The translations under genes and the position numbers were made by a program. The notes below the pieces were generated by a model. The model worked only from the letters and a program-made list of their open reading frames with translations, was not told the DNA's origin and ran no database searches. From the NCBI GenBank assembly GCA_965246895.1, contig OZ251993.1, positions 838,897-902,896 on the forward strand: a stretch of 64,000 nt of DNA, written 5' to 3'. Origin of the DNA: Alphaproteobacteria bacterium (GTDB taxonomy: Bacteria > Pseudomonadota > Alphaproteobacteria > JAIXQD01). Positions 1-9,272 of this stretch are shown here, piece after piece (position 1 is the first letter of the stretch; the number at the start of each line of letters is the position of its first letter).

Positions 1-1513
1 GTGACGACCGAAGCCTCGATCAGCGGACAGACCCAATAGACGCGCTCGCCCGCGTCAAGCTTGGGCTTGATGCGCTGGATCACTTCGTCAAGCCGCGCGA
101 TATCGACCAGCGCTGTAGTGATCGGCTTGCGGCCCGGCGGCTTTTCGTCAAGCTGGCTAACATCCATATCGCCGTAATAGGTTAGCGCTAAGCTGCGCGG
201 AATGGGCGTGGCCGTCATCACCAGCAGGTCGACGCCGTTACCCTTGTTGGTGAGTTCGACCCGCTGCGCGACGCCAAAGCGATGCTGCTCGTCGATCACG
301 ACGCCGCCGAGGCGGGCAAAATCTACCCCTGCCTGAAACAATGCATGCGTGCCAATCACGAGATCGACGGTGCCTTCAGATAAACCACGCAGCAGCGCCG
401 CACGCGCCTTGCCCTTGCTGCTGCCGGTATAAAGCGCTGTGCGCACGCCGGTTCCGGCCAGTAATTTTGAGAGCGACTGGTAATGCTGGGTGGCGAGAAT
501 TTCGGTGGGGGCCATGATGGCGGCTTGCTCGCGACCCTCAATGATCGAGAGCAGTGTGAGCAGCGCGACGATCGTCTTGCCGCTGCCAACATCGCCCTGC
601 AGCAGTCGTACCATGCGCGTGGGGGAGGCAAGATCAGCGTCGATTTCGGCAAGGGCGCGTATTTGAGCGTTGGTGAGGTTGTAAGGAAGATTCTTGAGTA
701 CAGCGGCACGTAATCGCCCATCGCCAGTACGCGCGACGCCACGGCGCACGCGAGCTTTCTGGCGCAACAGCGCAAGCGTCAGTTGGTTAGCGAGCAGTTC
801 ATCATAAGCTAATCGCTGGCGAGCGGGTGCAAGCTCGTTGATATCGCCTGGCGATTGTGGTTTGTGCAGCTGGTCAAGCGCGGCAGTGAATGTTGGCCAG
901 CCTTTTTGTTCAAGAAACTTGGCATCTTGCCATTCGGGCAGGCTGGAAATTGTAGGTCGCGCGGCGGCGATGGCCTTTCGCAAATCTTTCGAGGAGAGCC
1001 CTGCCGTCATCGGGTAAATGGGTTCAAGCATGTTCAGCTCGCCTGCACGCTTGGCAGGTACGATATAGTCGGCATGCAGCATTTGCTTTTGCCCATTGTA
1101 CATATCGATCTTGCCACTGATGGCCAGCTTCATGCCTGGCTTATATTGCTTCGAGACCCAATCACCCTTCACGTTAAAAAAGGCAAGCTGGATGCTGCCG
1201 CTATCATCAACGCAATGCACGCGGATCGGTAAGCCAAACCGTGGCGCAGGCTCAACCCGTTTGACCGTTACCAACAGCGTTTTAGTTTCGCCAGATAAGG
1301 CCAGTGCCATCGGAGTAATGCCACGGCGGTCAATCGTGTTGACGGGCAGATGGAACAATAGGTCGATGGCGGCATGTCTATTGTTATGGCCGACCAGCTT
1401 TTGCAGCAGTGCCTGCGTTTTCTCCCCGCCGACTTTATCGAGCGCACCCAGGTTCATCAGAGCCGGGTGAAACGGCTCTTTGGCTTGCTTGGGAAGGGTA
1501 GATAGCGCTGGCA
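1..1513 (-). CDS. recG: ATP-dependent DNA helicase RecG. The N-terminus is at 1513; the C-terminal part runs off the window start, so the gene is partial.
   Basis: Manual reverse translation from 1513 gives MPALSTLPKQAKEPFHPALMNLGALDKVGGEKTQALLQKL... (RecG-type N-terminus), followed by Walker A GDVGSGKT and DEQHRFG helicase motifs. It is not in the ORF track because it is open at the window edge. Confidence 0.8.
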
Positions 1514-1539
1514 TGAGACTATCTATATAAGCATGATCT

Positions 1540-1812
1540 ATGGCCATTAAACTAGAGAGCGAAGAGCGGGAACTATTGCTGAAGCGCCTACGACACCGTA
1601 GCCGCCAGCGCGGCTTTGCCGAGGCCGACGAGATATTTATTGGCTTTGCAGCCAATCATTTGAATGAACTGAGTGATCCTTTGCTGGCGCAATATGAAAC
1701 GCTGTTGGCGCTGCCAGATTGGGATACGTTCGGTTGGGTGAGCGGACAGAGTGAGCCAGAGGCCGCATTTGCTGAAATAGTGGCTGAGATCAAAAAAACA
1801 TTGCGCGTTTAA
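1540..1812 (+). CDS. sdhE: FAD assembly factor SdhE (succinate dehydrogenase flavinylation factor, DUF339 family)
   Basis: 90-aa protein with conserved RxxSRQRGxxExD...LLALPD pattern of SdhE. It sits in the conserved recG / sdhE-mfd arrangement. Confidence 0.75.
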   Translation: MAIKLESEERELLLKRLRHRSRQRGFAEADEIFIGFAANHLNELSDPLLAQYETLLALPDWDTFGWVSGQSEPEAAFAEIVAEIKKTLRV

Positions 1813-1844
1813 GGGCTGGTCGCTAAGCATCGACCCCTGTTCTG

Positions 1845-4800
1845 ATGGCCATTTTTAAGACGATCATTGCTGGTGATAAAATTGAACGGCAGGCGCTTTT
1901 TGGAGCGCCTCCGGGCCATGACGCGCGTGCGTTAGCAGAACTGGCGCGGCAAGCGGGTAGCAAGGCCATCATCGCTGTTTTGCAGGACGATTTGCAGGCT
2001 GCAAGCCTTTCAGCTTACTTGAGCTTCTTTGCGCCCGGTATCGCGCAGTTGGAATTTCCAGCTTGGGACTGCTTGCCTTATGATCGCAGCTCGCCAAGTG
2101 CCGATATATTGGCAACGCGTGCCGCGACCTTATCGGCTTTGATCGAACCTCGTACGCAACCACTAATCGTTATCACGACGATCAATGCACTGACGCAGAA
2201 GCTGCCACCGCGCGCGGTATTCGCGACTAAACAGCTAGAGTTAAAAGCGGGCGCGACGATTGAGCGTGCAGCTTTGCAGCAGTTCTTGGCTGCGAATGGT
2301 TATCGCCGTGTAACTACGGTACGGGAGCCAGGCGATTACGCGCTGCGTGGCGATATCGCCGATCTCTATCCGCCAGATCAAGAGCAGCCCATTCGCATCG
2401 ATTTCTTCGATACGACAATCGAAAGCCTTAAAACATACGATGCACTGACGCAGCTGACCACAGGCTCTCTGCCAAGCTTGCAGCTGGATCGCACGGCGGA
2501 GCTGGTACTGGATGAGACAGCTGTGGCGCGGTTCCGCAATGGTTATCGCGAATTGTTCGGCGCGCAGTTGAAGGATGATCCGCTATATAGTGCTGTCAGC
2601 GAGGGCCGCGCCTATGCGGGCGTCGAGCATTGGCTGCCGCAATTTTACGATACGCTGGATACACTGTTCCATTATTTGCCAGACGCACCGCTGTGGCTGG
2701 GCTGGCAAATCCGCGAAGCAGCGACCTCGCGCTGGGCGCAGGTGGAAGATTTCTACGAAGCCCGCGCTAGCCTGTTACAAGCTATGCGGAAAGATCGGGC
2801 GAGCGCCTATAAGCCGCTGCCGCCAGCACAATTGTATCTGTCGCCCGACATGCTGGAAGCCGCGTTAAAGAAGCGCAGCGTGCTCGAGGTATCACCCTTT
2901 GCGCCGCCGGAAGGCGGGGCAGCACTTGACGCGGGCGGTAAGCGCGGTCGCGATTTCGCGCCGGAACGACAAGCTGACGTGCATAGCGTTTATAAAGCGG
3001 CGCTGAAATATATTGAGGTCGAGCAAAAGGTTGGGCGGCGCACAGTGCTGGCCGCTTACAGCCGCGGGAGTGCTGATCGCCTGCGGCATGTACTGGTCGA
3101 TGCCGGAGCGGGCCACAGTATTAAAGATGTTGCCGATGGCAATGCCGTCGACAAGCTGGATAAAAAAGATATCGGTCTTGCCATCCTGCCGCTAGAGCAG
3201 GGTTTCACTAGCGCTGAACTGACGGTGCTGACAGAGCAGGATCTACTGGGCGACAGGCTGGCCCGGCCCAAGCAGAAGAAGCGGCGCAGCGACGAGTTTG
3301 TGATCGACCTTGGCGCTTTGGAGGTCGGCGATCTCGTCGTCCATAACGAGCATGGGGTGGGGCGATTTGACGGCCTTGTCACCTTGGAGATCGGCGGCGG
3401 CCAGCACGATTGCCTGCGGCTGCTGTATCATAATAACGACCGCCTATTCCTGCCGGTCGAAAACCTCGACCTACTCTCGCGCTATGGCGGGGGCAGTGTG
3501 GACGAGACGGGCGAAAGCACATCGCAGCTGGATCGCTTGGGCGGTGCTGGATGGCAGGCGCGGCGTGCGCGGGTCAAAAAGCGGCTGAAGGATATGGCTG
3601 ATGCGCTACTGAAGATCGCCGCGCAGCGTGAGCTGCAGCCTGCGCCCGTGGCCGAAGTGCAACCCGGCCCGTACGACGAATTCTGCGCGCGCTTCCCCTA
3701 TGCGGAAACAGAAGATCAGGCCCGCGCCATTAGCCAGAGTCTTGACGATTTGACCCGCGGGCGGCCGATGGATCGCCTGGTGTGCGGCGATGTCGGCTTC
3801 GGCAAGACGGAGGTCGCGCTGCGAGCGGCATTCGTCGCGGCCAGCGCCGGGCTGCAGGTTGCAGTCGTGGTGCCAACGACGCTGCTCGCACGGCAGCACG
3901 CGCGCGGGTTTGCGACGAGGTTCCGCGGCTTCCCATTCAAGATCGCGCAGCTGTCACGGTTCGTGAATGCGGCGGATAGCAAGGTGGTGAAAGAAGGCCT
4001 TTCGGACGGCAGCGTCGATATTGTCATTGGCACGCATGCGCTGCTGGCTAGCGCGATCAAATTTCAGCGGCTAGGGCTCGTGATCGTGGATGAGGAGCAG
4101 CACTTCGGCGTCAAGCAGAAAGAAAAGCTGAAGGCGCTGGCCAGTTCGCATCGCAAAGCTGACAACGAGGGCGTGCATGTGCTGACGCTATCCGCAACGC
4201 CAATCCCGCGCACCATGCAGCTGGCGCTGACGGGCGTGCGTGAGCTGTCGCTGATCGCGACGCCGCCGGTGGATCGCCTTGCCGTGCGCACGACCGTACT
4301 GCCGTTTGACCCGCTGATCATCCGCGAGGCGCTGATGCGCGAACATTGGCGCGGCGGGCAGAGCTTCTGCGTCGCCCCGCATATCGAGGATCTACCGAAA
4401 CTGGCCGAGCAATTACGCGAGTTGGTGCCGGAGCTGAAGATCATCACCGCGCACGGGCAGCTGCCGCCGGGGCAGCTTGATGAGATCATGGGACAGTTCG
4501 ACGACGGGCAATACGATCTGCTGCTGGCGACCAATATCATCGAGAGCGGCCTCGATATTCCGCGGGCCAATACGATCATCATCCATCGCGCCGATCGGTT
4601 TGGGCTGGCGCAACTGTACCAGCTGCGCGGTCGTGTGGGCCGGGCCAAGGCACGCGGTTATGCCTATCTGACTTACCCGAGCGCGCAACTGCTGACGCCA
4701 AGTGCCGAGGCGCGGCTGAAGGTGATGGAGACGCTGGATACGCTAGGCGCCGGCTTCCAGCTGGCCAGCCACGACCTCGATATTCGCGGGGCGGGGAATT

Positions 4801-5393
4801 TGCTCGGCGAAGAGCAATCGGGCCATATCCGAGAGGTCGGGATTGAGCTGTATCAGGAGATGCTGAAGGAAGCGGTCGAGGCAGCACGCCGCGGCGAGCT
4901 GGCCGATATCAGCATAGACGAAGGCTGGTCGCCGCAGATCAATCTGGCGATGCCGGTGATGCTACCGGAAAGTTATGTGCAAGATCTGTCACTGCGGCTC
5001 TCGCTCTATCGCAGGCTGGCGGATATCAAGGAGCGGAGCGAGGTCGACGCCTTTGCCGCCGAGCTGACGGATCGCTTCGGGCCGATGCCGCTTGAGGTTA
5101 CCAATCTGCTAGCGACGATGGATATCAAGCTGCTGTGCCGCGCCTGCTGCATCGAAAAACTGGATGCAGGCCCGAATGGCGGCGTGATCGCCTTCCGGCA
5201 CAATAAGTTCCCCGCACCGGATAACCTCATCGCTTATATCGGCCAGGGCAGCGGCACGCTGAAAATCCGGCCCGATATGAAGCTGGTGACGCAGAAGGTC
5301 TGGAACGATCCGCTGCGCCGCCTCGCCGGGGTGAAGGCGTTGCTGAGCGACTTGTGTGGGTTATTGCCGGAAAGTAAAAAACTGGCTGCCTGA
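1845..5393 (+). CDS. mfd: Transcription-repair coupling factor Mfd
   Basis: 1182 aa. It has UvrB-homology N-terminus, RNAP-interaction region, GFGKTEVA Walker A, DEEQHFGV, and C-terminal TRCF domain. Confidence 0.95.
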   Translation: MAIFKTIIAGDKIERQALFGAPPGHDARALAELARQAGSKAIIAVLQDDLQAASLSAYLSFFAPGIAQLEFPAWDCLPYDRSSPSADILATRAATLSALIEPRTQPLIVITTINALTQKLPPRAVFATKQLELKAGATIERAALQQFLAANGYRRVTTVREPGDYALRGDIADLYPPDQEQPIRIDFFDTTIESLKTYDALTQLTTGSLPSLQLDRTAELVLDETAVARFRNGYRELFGAQLKDDPLYSAVSEGRAYAGVEHWLPQFYDTLDTLFHYLPDAPLWLGWQIREAATSRWAQVEDFYEARASLLQAMRKDRASAYKPLPPAQLYLSPDMLEAALKKRSVLEVSPFAPPEGGAALDAGGKRGRDFAPERQADVHSVYKAALKYIEVEQKVGRRTVLAAYSRGSADRLRHVLVDAGAGHSIKDVADGNAVDKLDKKDIGLAILPLEQGFTSAELTVLTEQDLLGDRLARPKQKKRRSDEFVIDLGALEVGDLVVHNEHGVGRFDGLVTLEIGGGQHDCLRLLYHNNDRLFLPVENLDLLSRYGGGSVDETGESTSQLDRLGGAGWQARRARVKKRLKDMADALLKIAAQRELQPAPVAEVQPGPYDEFCARFPYAETEDQARAISQSLDDLTRGRPMDRLVCGDVGFGKTEVALRAAFVAASAGLQVAVVVPTTLLARQHARGFATRFRGFPFKIAQLSRFVNAADSKVVKEGLSDGSVDIVIGTHALLASAIKFQRLGLVIVDEEQHFGVKQKEKLKALASSHRKADNEGVHVLTLSATPIPRTMQLALTGVRELSLIATPPVDRLAVRTTVLPFDPLIIREALMREHWRGGQSFCVAPHIEDLPKLAEQLRELVPELKIITAHGQLPPGQLDEIMGQFDDGQYDLLLATNIIESGLDIPRANTIIIHRADRFGLAQLYQLRGRVGRAKARGYAYLTYPSAQLLTPSAEARLKVMETLDTLGAGFQLASHDLDIRGAGNLLGEEQSGHIREVGIELYQEMLKEAVEAARRGELADISIDEGWSPQINLAMPVMLPESYVQDLSLRLSLYRRLADIKERSEVDAFAAELTDRFGPMPLEVTNLLATMDIKLLCRACCIEKLDAGPNGGVIAFRHNKFPAPDNLIAYIGQGSGTLKIRPDMKLVTQKVWNDPLRRLAGVKALLSDLCGLLPESKKLAA

Positions 5394-5707
5394 CGGAACC
5401 GTTTCCCTGCCAATCGCGATGCGATTGTCTGCGGTCCCTTTGTTTCGCACTGCCTACGGCCGTGCGCGGACAAAGAGAGGGGTGGTTTCCGAATCTCTTA
5501 ATCGGATCAGAAGCTTACTGGCCCATTTCGTATATTGCAGTTTCGATATGATTTGGCCAAGTGGCTGGTCTTATGTAATTAGCTGCGGGCTTGCCTGCCG
5601 CTGGGGGAGACGGGGCGGGAGATGCCGCGCGGTCTCTGATGTCAACGAAATGAGTATAGCGGATACGGAGGATGGAAGCACAACACATTATGTTTTGAGA
5701 TGTTGCT

Positions 5708-6325
5708 TTAGTTTGGTATTCTTAGAGAATACTGAACTTCCCACACAATTTGTCGCATTGAAGCAAAATGTGGGCCCGGTGAAATGTAGCCGCTATCTAA
5801 AGCACAGTGAAATTCCCAACCAGCTCCATTAGCTTTGGCAATCGAAGCATAGGCTGTCTTGCTTAGGTCCTTATCAATGTGACTACCACCATCCTGATCC
5901 CGAAGGGACTTTATTAACTCGCCTCTAGTGAGCGTATTACGATTTTTATCTCTAAGAATTTTCTGATCCCACCAATCCTCGAATGATAACAATGCACAAA
6001 AGCTTTGCAACATGTTTCCTAATAGGGGTGCATAGGCAGACGTAGTTGAAGTCACCTTAATCGAGGCAAGCCCAATTTCGGTTGGCAATAAGTTTCTTTC
6101 ATTCCAAACGCGAGTAGAAACAAATCTTAAAGTATTTTTCTTTCTCAGGTGGCTTAACAACGATATAGAAGATTTACCGTCATAGATAAGGTTGCTTATG
6201 ATAGTCGCTAATCTTTTTGCTTCTGCCAGATCACCCCTATCATAGTTAACAGTTGAGGAATTCAAAAAGCGAAGCTGATCTTTGTACTGACCATTAAAAT
6301 CTTCTTCAGTATTTTGATAAGCCAT
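5708..6325 (-). CDS. Hypothetical protein. It is an AT-rich gene translationally coupled to the upstream Nudix gene, and has a possible HEPN-like Rx6H motif (RDQDGGSH).
   Basis: 205-aa ORF. Its start overlaps the Nudix stop (TAATG). Composition is markedly AT-richer than its neighbours. No recognised catalytic motifs beyond Rx6H. Confidence 0.5.
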   Translation of the reverse strand: MAYQNTEEDFNGQYKDQLRFLNSSTVNYDRGDLAEAKRLATIISNLIYDGKSSISLLSHLRKKNTLRFVSTRVWNERNLLPTEIGLASIKVTSTTSAYAPLLGNMLQSFCALLSFEDWWDQKILRDKNRNTLTRGELIKSLRDQDGGSHIDKDLSKTAYASIAKANGAGWEFHCALDSGYISPGPHFASMRQIVWEVQYSLRIPN

Positions 6326-6855
6326 TAACCCTCCAAAGCAATCTTCACGAACGGCGTGATCTCGTAATCCAGTAGCTTATCGACGGCGTACCAGTCGGCG
6401 CCGGCGGAGTCGATATCGTTCAGGATCGTGTGCGGCTCGCCGCGCACCGTGATCGGGAAGAGCGCGCCGGTGTGGCGCAACGTATAGTCCAACCCGTCCT
6501 TTGTGCTGGTGAAGGGATGCAGATAGGAGGCGGCGCGCGGGGTGCCGTGCGTCACAATCTCGCAGCCCGTTTCCTCCCGCACCTCACGGGCGAGGGTTTC
6601 TTCTAACGACTCGTGCAATTCGGGCGTGCCGCCCGGCAGGTCGAGCAGGCCCGTGAAGCAGCCAAGCGTCTTGCGGATCAGCAGGATATGGCGGTCGGCT
6701 CCTGTGCCCTTAATCGCGATGCCATAGACGCCAAAGTGGATGACGTAATTGATGCCCGCCATGACGGTTGGCTTTTGCAGGATGTCGTTCATGCGAGAAG
6801 GATAGCCGATTCCCTCTCCCGGTGGGAGAGGGACGTAGCGGCCAGCGCACTGCAT
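6325..6855 (-). CDS. Nudix hydrolase. The ORF-track start is at 6855; the true start is probably the internal Met near 6793 (MNDILQKP...).
   Basis: Nudix box GGTPELHESLEETLAREVREETG (G-x5-E-x7-REVxEExG). The 6855 start lies only 4 bp from the glnA stop. Confidence 0.8.
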   Translation of the reverse strand: MQCAGRYVPLPPGEGIGYPSRMNDILQKPTVMAGINYVIHFGVYGIAIKGTGADRHILLIRKTLGCFTGLLDLPGGTPELHESLEETLAREVREETGCEIVTHGTPRAASYLHPFTSTKDGLDYTLRHTGALFPITVRGEPHTILNDIDSAGADWYAVDKLLDYEITPFVKIALEG

Positions 6856-6859
6856 TTAA

Positions 6860-8284
6860 TCAGACGCTGTAATACATTCGGTATTCGATGGGGTGGGGCG
6901 AGGTATCATAGGCCTCGACCTCTTCCATCTTTAGGGCGATATAGGCGTCGATCATATCGTCGGTGAAGACGCCACCTTGGGTCAGGAAGGCGCGGTCGGC
7001 ATCAAGGCTGCTGAGCGCTTCGCGCAAAGACCCGCAGACGGTCGGCACCTTGGCCAGCTCGTCCTTCGGCAGTTCGTAAAGGTTGGCGTCCATCGCCGCG
7101 CCGGGGTGGATCTTGTTGCGGATGCCGTCGAGGCCCGCCATCAGCATCGCCGCATAGGCGAGATACGGATTGGCGGAGGGATCGGGGAAGCGCACCTCGA
7201 CCCGCTTGGCCTTCGGCCCAGTGCCATGCGGAATGCGGCAGGAGGCGGAGCGGTTGCGTGCGGAATAGGCGAGCAGCACCGGCGCCTCGTACCCCGGCAC
7301 TAGCCGCTTGTAGCTGTTGGTGGACGGGTTAGTGAGGGCGTTCAGCGCCTTCGCGTGCTTGATAATGCCGCCGATATAGAAGAGCGCGGTTTCCGATAGG
7401 CCCGCATATAGATCGCCCGCGAAGAGCGGTTGCCCCTTGTTCCAGATCGACTGGTGCACATGCATGCCGCTGCCGTTATCGCCGTAGACGGGCTTGGGCA
7501 TGAATGTGGCGGTTTTGCCGTAGAGATGCGCGACGTTATGGACGACGTACTTGTAAGTCTGCATATTGTCGGCGGTGTTCACCAGCGTTGCGAACTTGAT
7601 GCCGAGTTCGTGCTGCGAGGCGGCGACTTCGTGGTGGTGCTTTTCGACCGGCACGCCCATCTGTTCGAGCGTGGTGACCATTTCCGCCCGCAGGTCGGCG
7701 CCGCTGTCGACCGGCGCCACGGGGAAGTAGCCGCCCTTGGTGACCGGGCGATGGCCAAGGTTGCCATCGGCGATCTTCGTGCCGGAATTATACGGGCCTT
7801 CCTCGCTATCGATCTCGTAAAAGACAGTGTTGGGCTTGAGATCGAAGCGGACGGAATCGAAAATGAAAAATTCAGCCTCCGGCCCGAAGTAGGCGGTATC
7901 GCCGATCCCGCTTTGTTTTAAGAACGCTTCTGCATTTTTCGAAATACTGCGCGGGCAGCGCTCGTAGTTTTCGTTTGTCTTCGGATCGAGTACATCGCAA
8001 AGGACGTTGAGCGTTGGTTGCGCGGCGAACGGATCGAGCACGGCAGTCGCGGGATCGAGCTGCAAGATCATGTCGCTCTCGTTGATCGCCTTCCAGCCGG
8101 CGATGGAGGAGCCGTCAAACATGATGCCATCGGTGAAGGTGTCTTCTTCGATCGTTGAGATATGCTGGGCGGTGTGGTGCAGCTTGCCGCGCAGATCGGT
8201 AAAGCGAAGATCGACGTATTTGATGTCGTGCTCGCGGACGAGATCGAAAAAGCGGGCAATGGCGGCTGATGTTTCAGTGGGCAT
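6860..8284 (-). CDS. glnA: Glutamine synthetase type I
   Basis: 474 aa. GS signatures include ...[18 protein letters not shown]..., and the length is typical of GlnA. Confidence 0.95.
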   Translation of the reverse strand: MPTETSAAIARFFDLVREHDIKYVDLRFTDLRGKLHHTAQHISTIEEDTFTDGIMFDGSSIAGWKAINESDMILQLDPATAVLDPFAAQPTLNVLCDVLDPKTNENYERCPRSISKNAEAFLKQSGIGDTAYFGPEAEFFIFDSVRFDLKPNTVFYEIDSEEGPYNSGTKIADGNLGHRPVTKGGYFPVAPVDSGADLRAEMVTTLEQMGVPVEKHHHEVAASQHELGIKFATLVNTADNMQTYKYVVHNVAHLYGKTATFMPKPVYGDNGSGMHVHQSIWNKGQPLFAGDLYAGLSETALFYIGGIIKHAKALNALTNPSTNSYKRLVPGYEAPVLLAYSARNRSASCRIPHGTGPKAKRVEVRFPDPSANPYLAYAAMLMAGLDGIRNKIHPGAAMDANLYELPKDELAKVPTVCGSLREALSSLDADRAFLTQGGVFTDDMIDAYIALKMEEVEAYDTSPHPIEYRMYYSV

Positions 8285-8354
8285 GGAGGCTCCGATAGGG
8301 GCTGCGTGGCTGCGAAGCGCGATTATGAGGCTATTTTGCAGTGCAGCGTAAGCC

Positions 8355-8663
8355 TTGTTCTACAGGGAATTTCGTGGTGGACTTATCGTCCGGCGAGAAG
8401 GAATTGCGATGCTGACGTTTGAGTCTTTAATTAAAGCCATTCAATATGAATCTGTTACTGGGCAGGGCCGACATTATTTCGATGGTCGCCACGAGCGCCG
8501 CCGTCCGGTTGCCGCCGATTATGTTGCGTTACCAGACTATACGCCGGCTCGGATTTGGAACGATGAAACGAAGACTTTCGATACGCCGGCTACGCCAGAA
8601 CGTCCAAACGACGAGCCTTGCGCTGTCTGGGATGAAGCATTGCAGGACTATATCTTTCGCTAA
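8355..8663 (+). CDS. Hypothetical small protein (possible start at the internal Met near 8409)
   Basis: 102-aa ORF upstream of tRNA-His with no recognisable motifs. Confidence 0.3.
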   Translation: MFYREFRGGLIVRREGIAMLTFESLIKAIQYESVTGQGRHYFDGRHERRRPVAADYVALPDYTPARIWNDETKTFDTPATPERPNDEPCAVWDEALQDYIFR

Positions 8664-8731
8664 ATGCTTGACGGGGCGGGGGGCTAGCCTTTACAAAAGC
8701 CCGTCCCGTTAGGGATGCTGGCAAAGGTTGT

Positions 8732-8808
8732 GGCGGTCGTAGCTCAGTTGGTAGAGCGCACGGTTGTGATCCGTGTTGTCGCGGGTTCAATCCCCGTCGA
8801 TCGCCCCA
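8732..8808 (+). tRNA. tRNA-His (anticodon GTG) with encoded CCA and the characteristic extra 5' G(-1)
   Basis: Sequence GGCGGTCGTAGCTCAGTTGGTAGAGCGCACGGTTGTGATCCGTG...GGTTCAATCCCCGTCGATCGCCCCA. Hand-folded cloverleaf has anticodon loop TTGTGAT and G-1 opposite discriminator C. Confidence 0.9.
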
Positions 8809-8832
8809 CTTTTGCATTTTGAAAGATTGCTG

Positions 8833-9150
8833 ATGGCTGAAGCTAACGACTTTGGTGAAATATTGAAAGCAGCATGGGGATTCAATTACACAGCCTCCGT
8901 TTCTGAAGTGCGGAAAGAATTGGTGTGGTCGGCAGGAAATGCCACGCCTCCTGTGGCCCAGATCGAAGCGTGGCTGATTGATCATAGCTTTGAGTTAACT
9001 GGCCAGTGTTTCCGCATGGGGCAGTCGGGATTATTGTTCAGGGAAAGCAAGGGCCACTGGAATAAACAGCCTTACACAGTATTTGTGCCTGAAACCGATG
9101 ACAGTTTTAATGAAGACGGCGTTATTTACATACAGGCCGCACTAGCATAA
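8833..9150 (+). CDS. Hypothetical protein (106 aa from MAEANDFGEIL...) lying between tRNA-His and tRNA-Leu
   Basis: The ORF-track ORF 8773..9150 overlaps the tRNA, so the internal Met at 8833 is taken as start. It is AT-richer than its surroundings, with no motifs recognised. Confidence 0.4.
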   Translation: MAEANDFGEILKAAWGFNYTASVSEVRKELVWSAGNATPPVAQIEAWLIDHSFELTGQCFRMGQSGLLFRESKGHWNKQPYTVFVPETDDSFNEDGVIYIQAALA

Positions 9151-9169
9151 AACATTCTGGCGATAAGCG

Positions 9170-9252
9170 GCGGCTATGGCGAAATTGGTAGACGCAGCAG
9201 ATTTAGGTTCTGCCGGGTGACCGTGGGGGTTCGAGTCCCTCTAGCCGCACCA
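9170..9252 (+). tRNA. tRNA-Leu (anticodon TAG) with long variable arm and encoded CCA
   Basis: Sequence GCGGCTATGGCGAAATTGGTAGACGCAGCAGATTTAGGTTCTGCCGGGTGACCGTGGGGGTTCGAGTCCCTCTAGCCGCACCA. Acceptor GCGGCTA pairs with TAGCCGC, and the anticodon loop is TTTAGGT. Confidence 0.85.
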
Positions 9253-9272
9253 TTTATTTTATAGGTTCTATT

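Noticed and set aside
4064-4648. 194-aa minus-strand ORF (and many similar ones, e.g. 3056..3382, 3716..4060) inside mfd
   Set aside because: They lie antisense within a confidently identified gene and are typical high-GC antisense ORF artefacts with low-complexity Ser/Arg-rich translations.
5560-5640. Imperfect GAGAC...GTCTC inverted repeat downstream of the 205-aa gene as a terminator
   Set aside because: No adjacent U-run on the relevant strand, and the stem is short with a long loop.
8285-8354. Possible sigma-54/NtrC-type promoter for glnA
   Set aside because: No convincing TGGCAC-N5-TTGC element or TGCACC-N5-GGTGCA NtrC palindrome. Only a weak TGCAGTGCAGC near-repeat. There is also no glnB upstream in this window.
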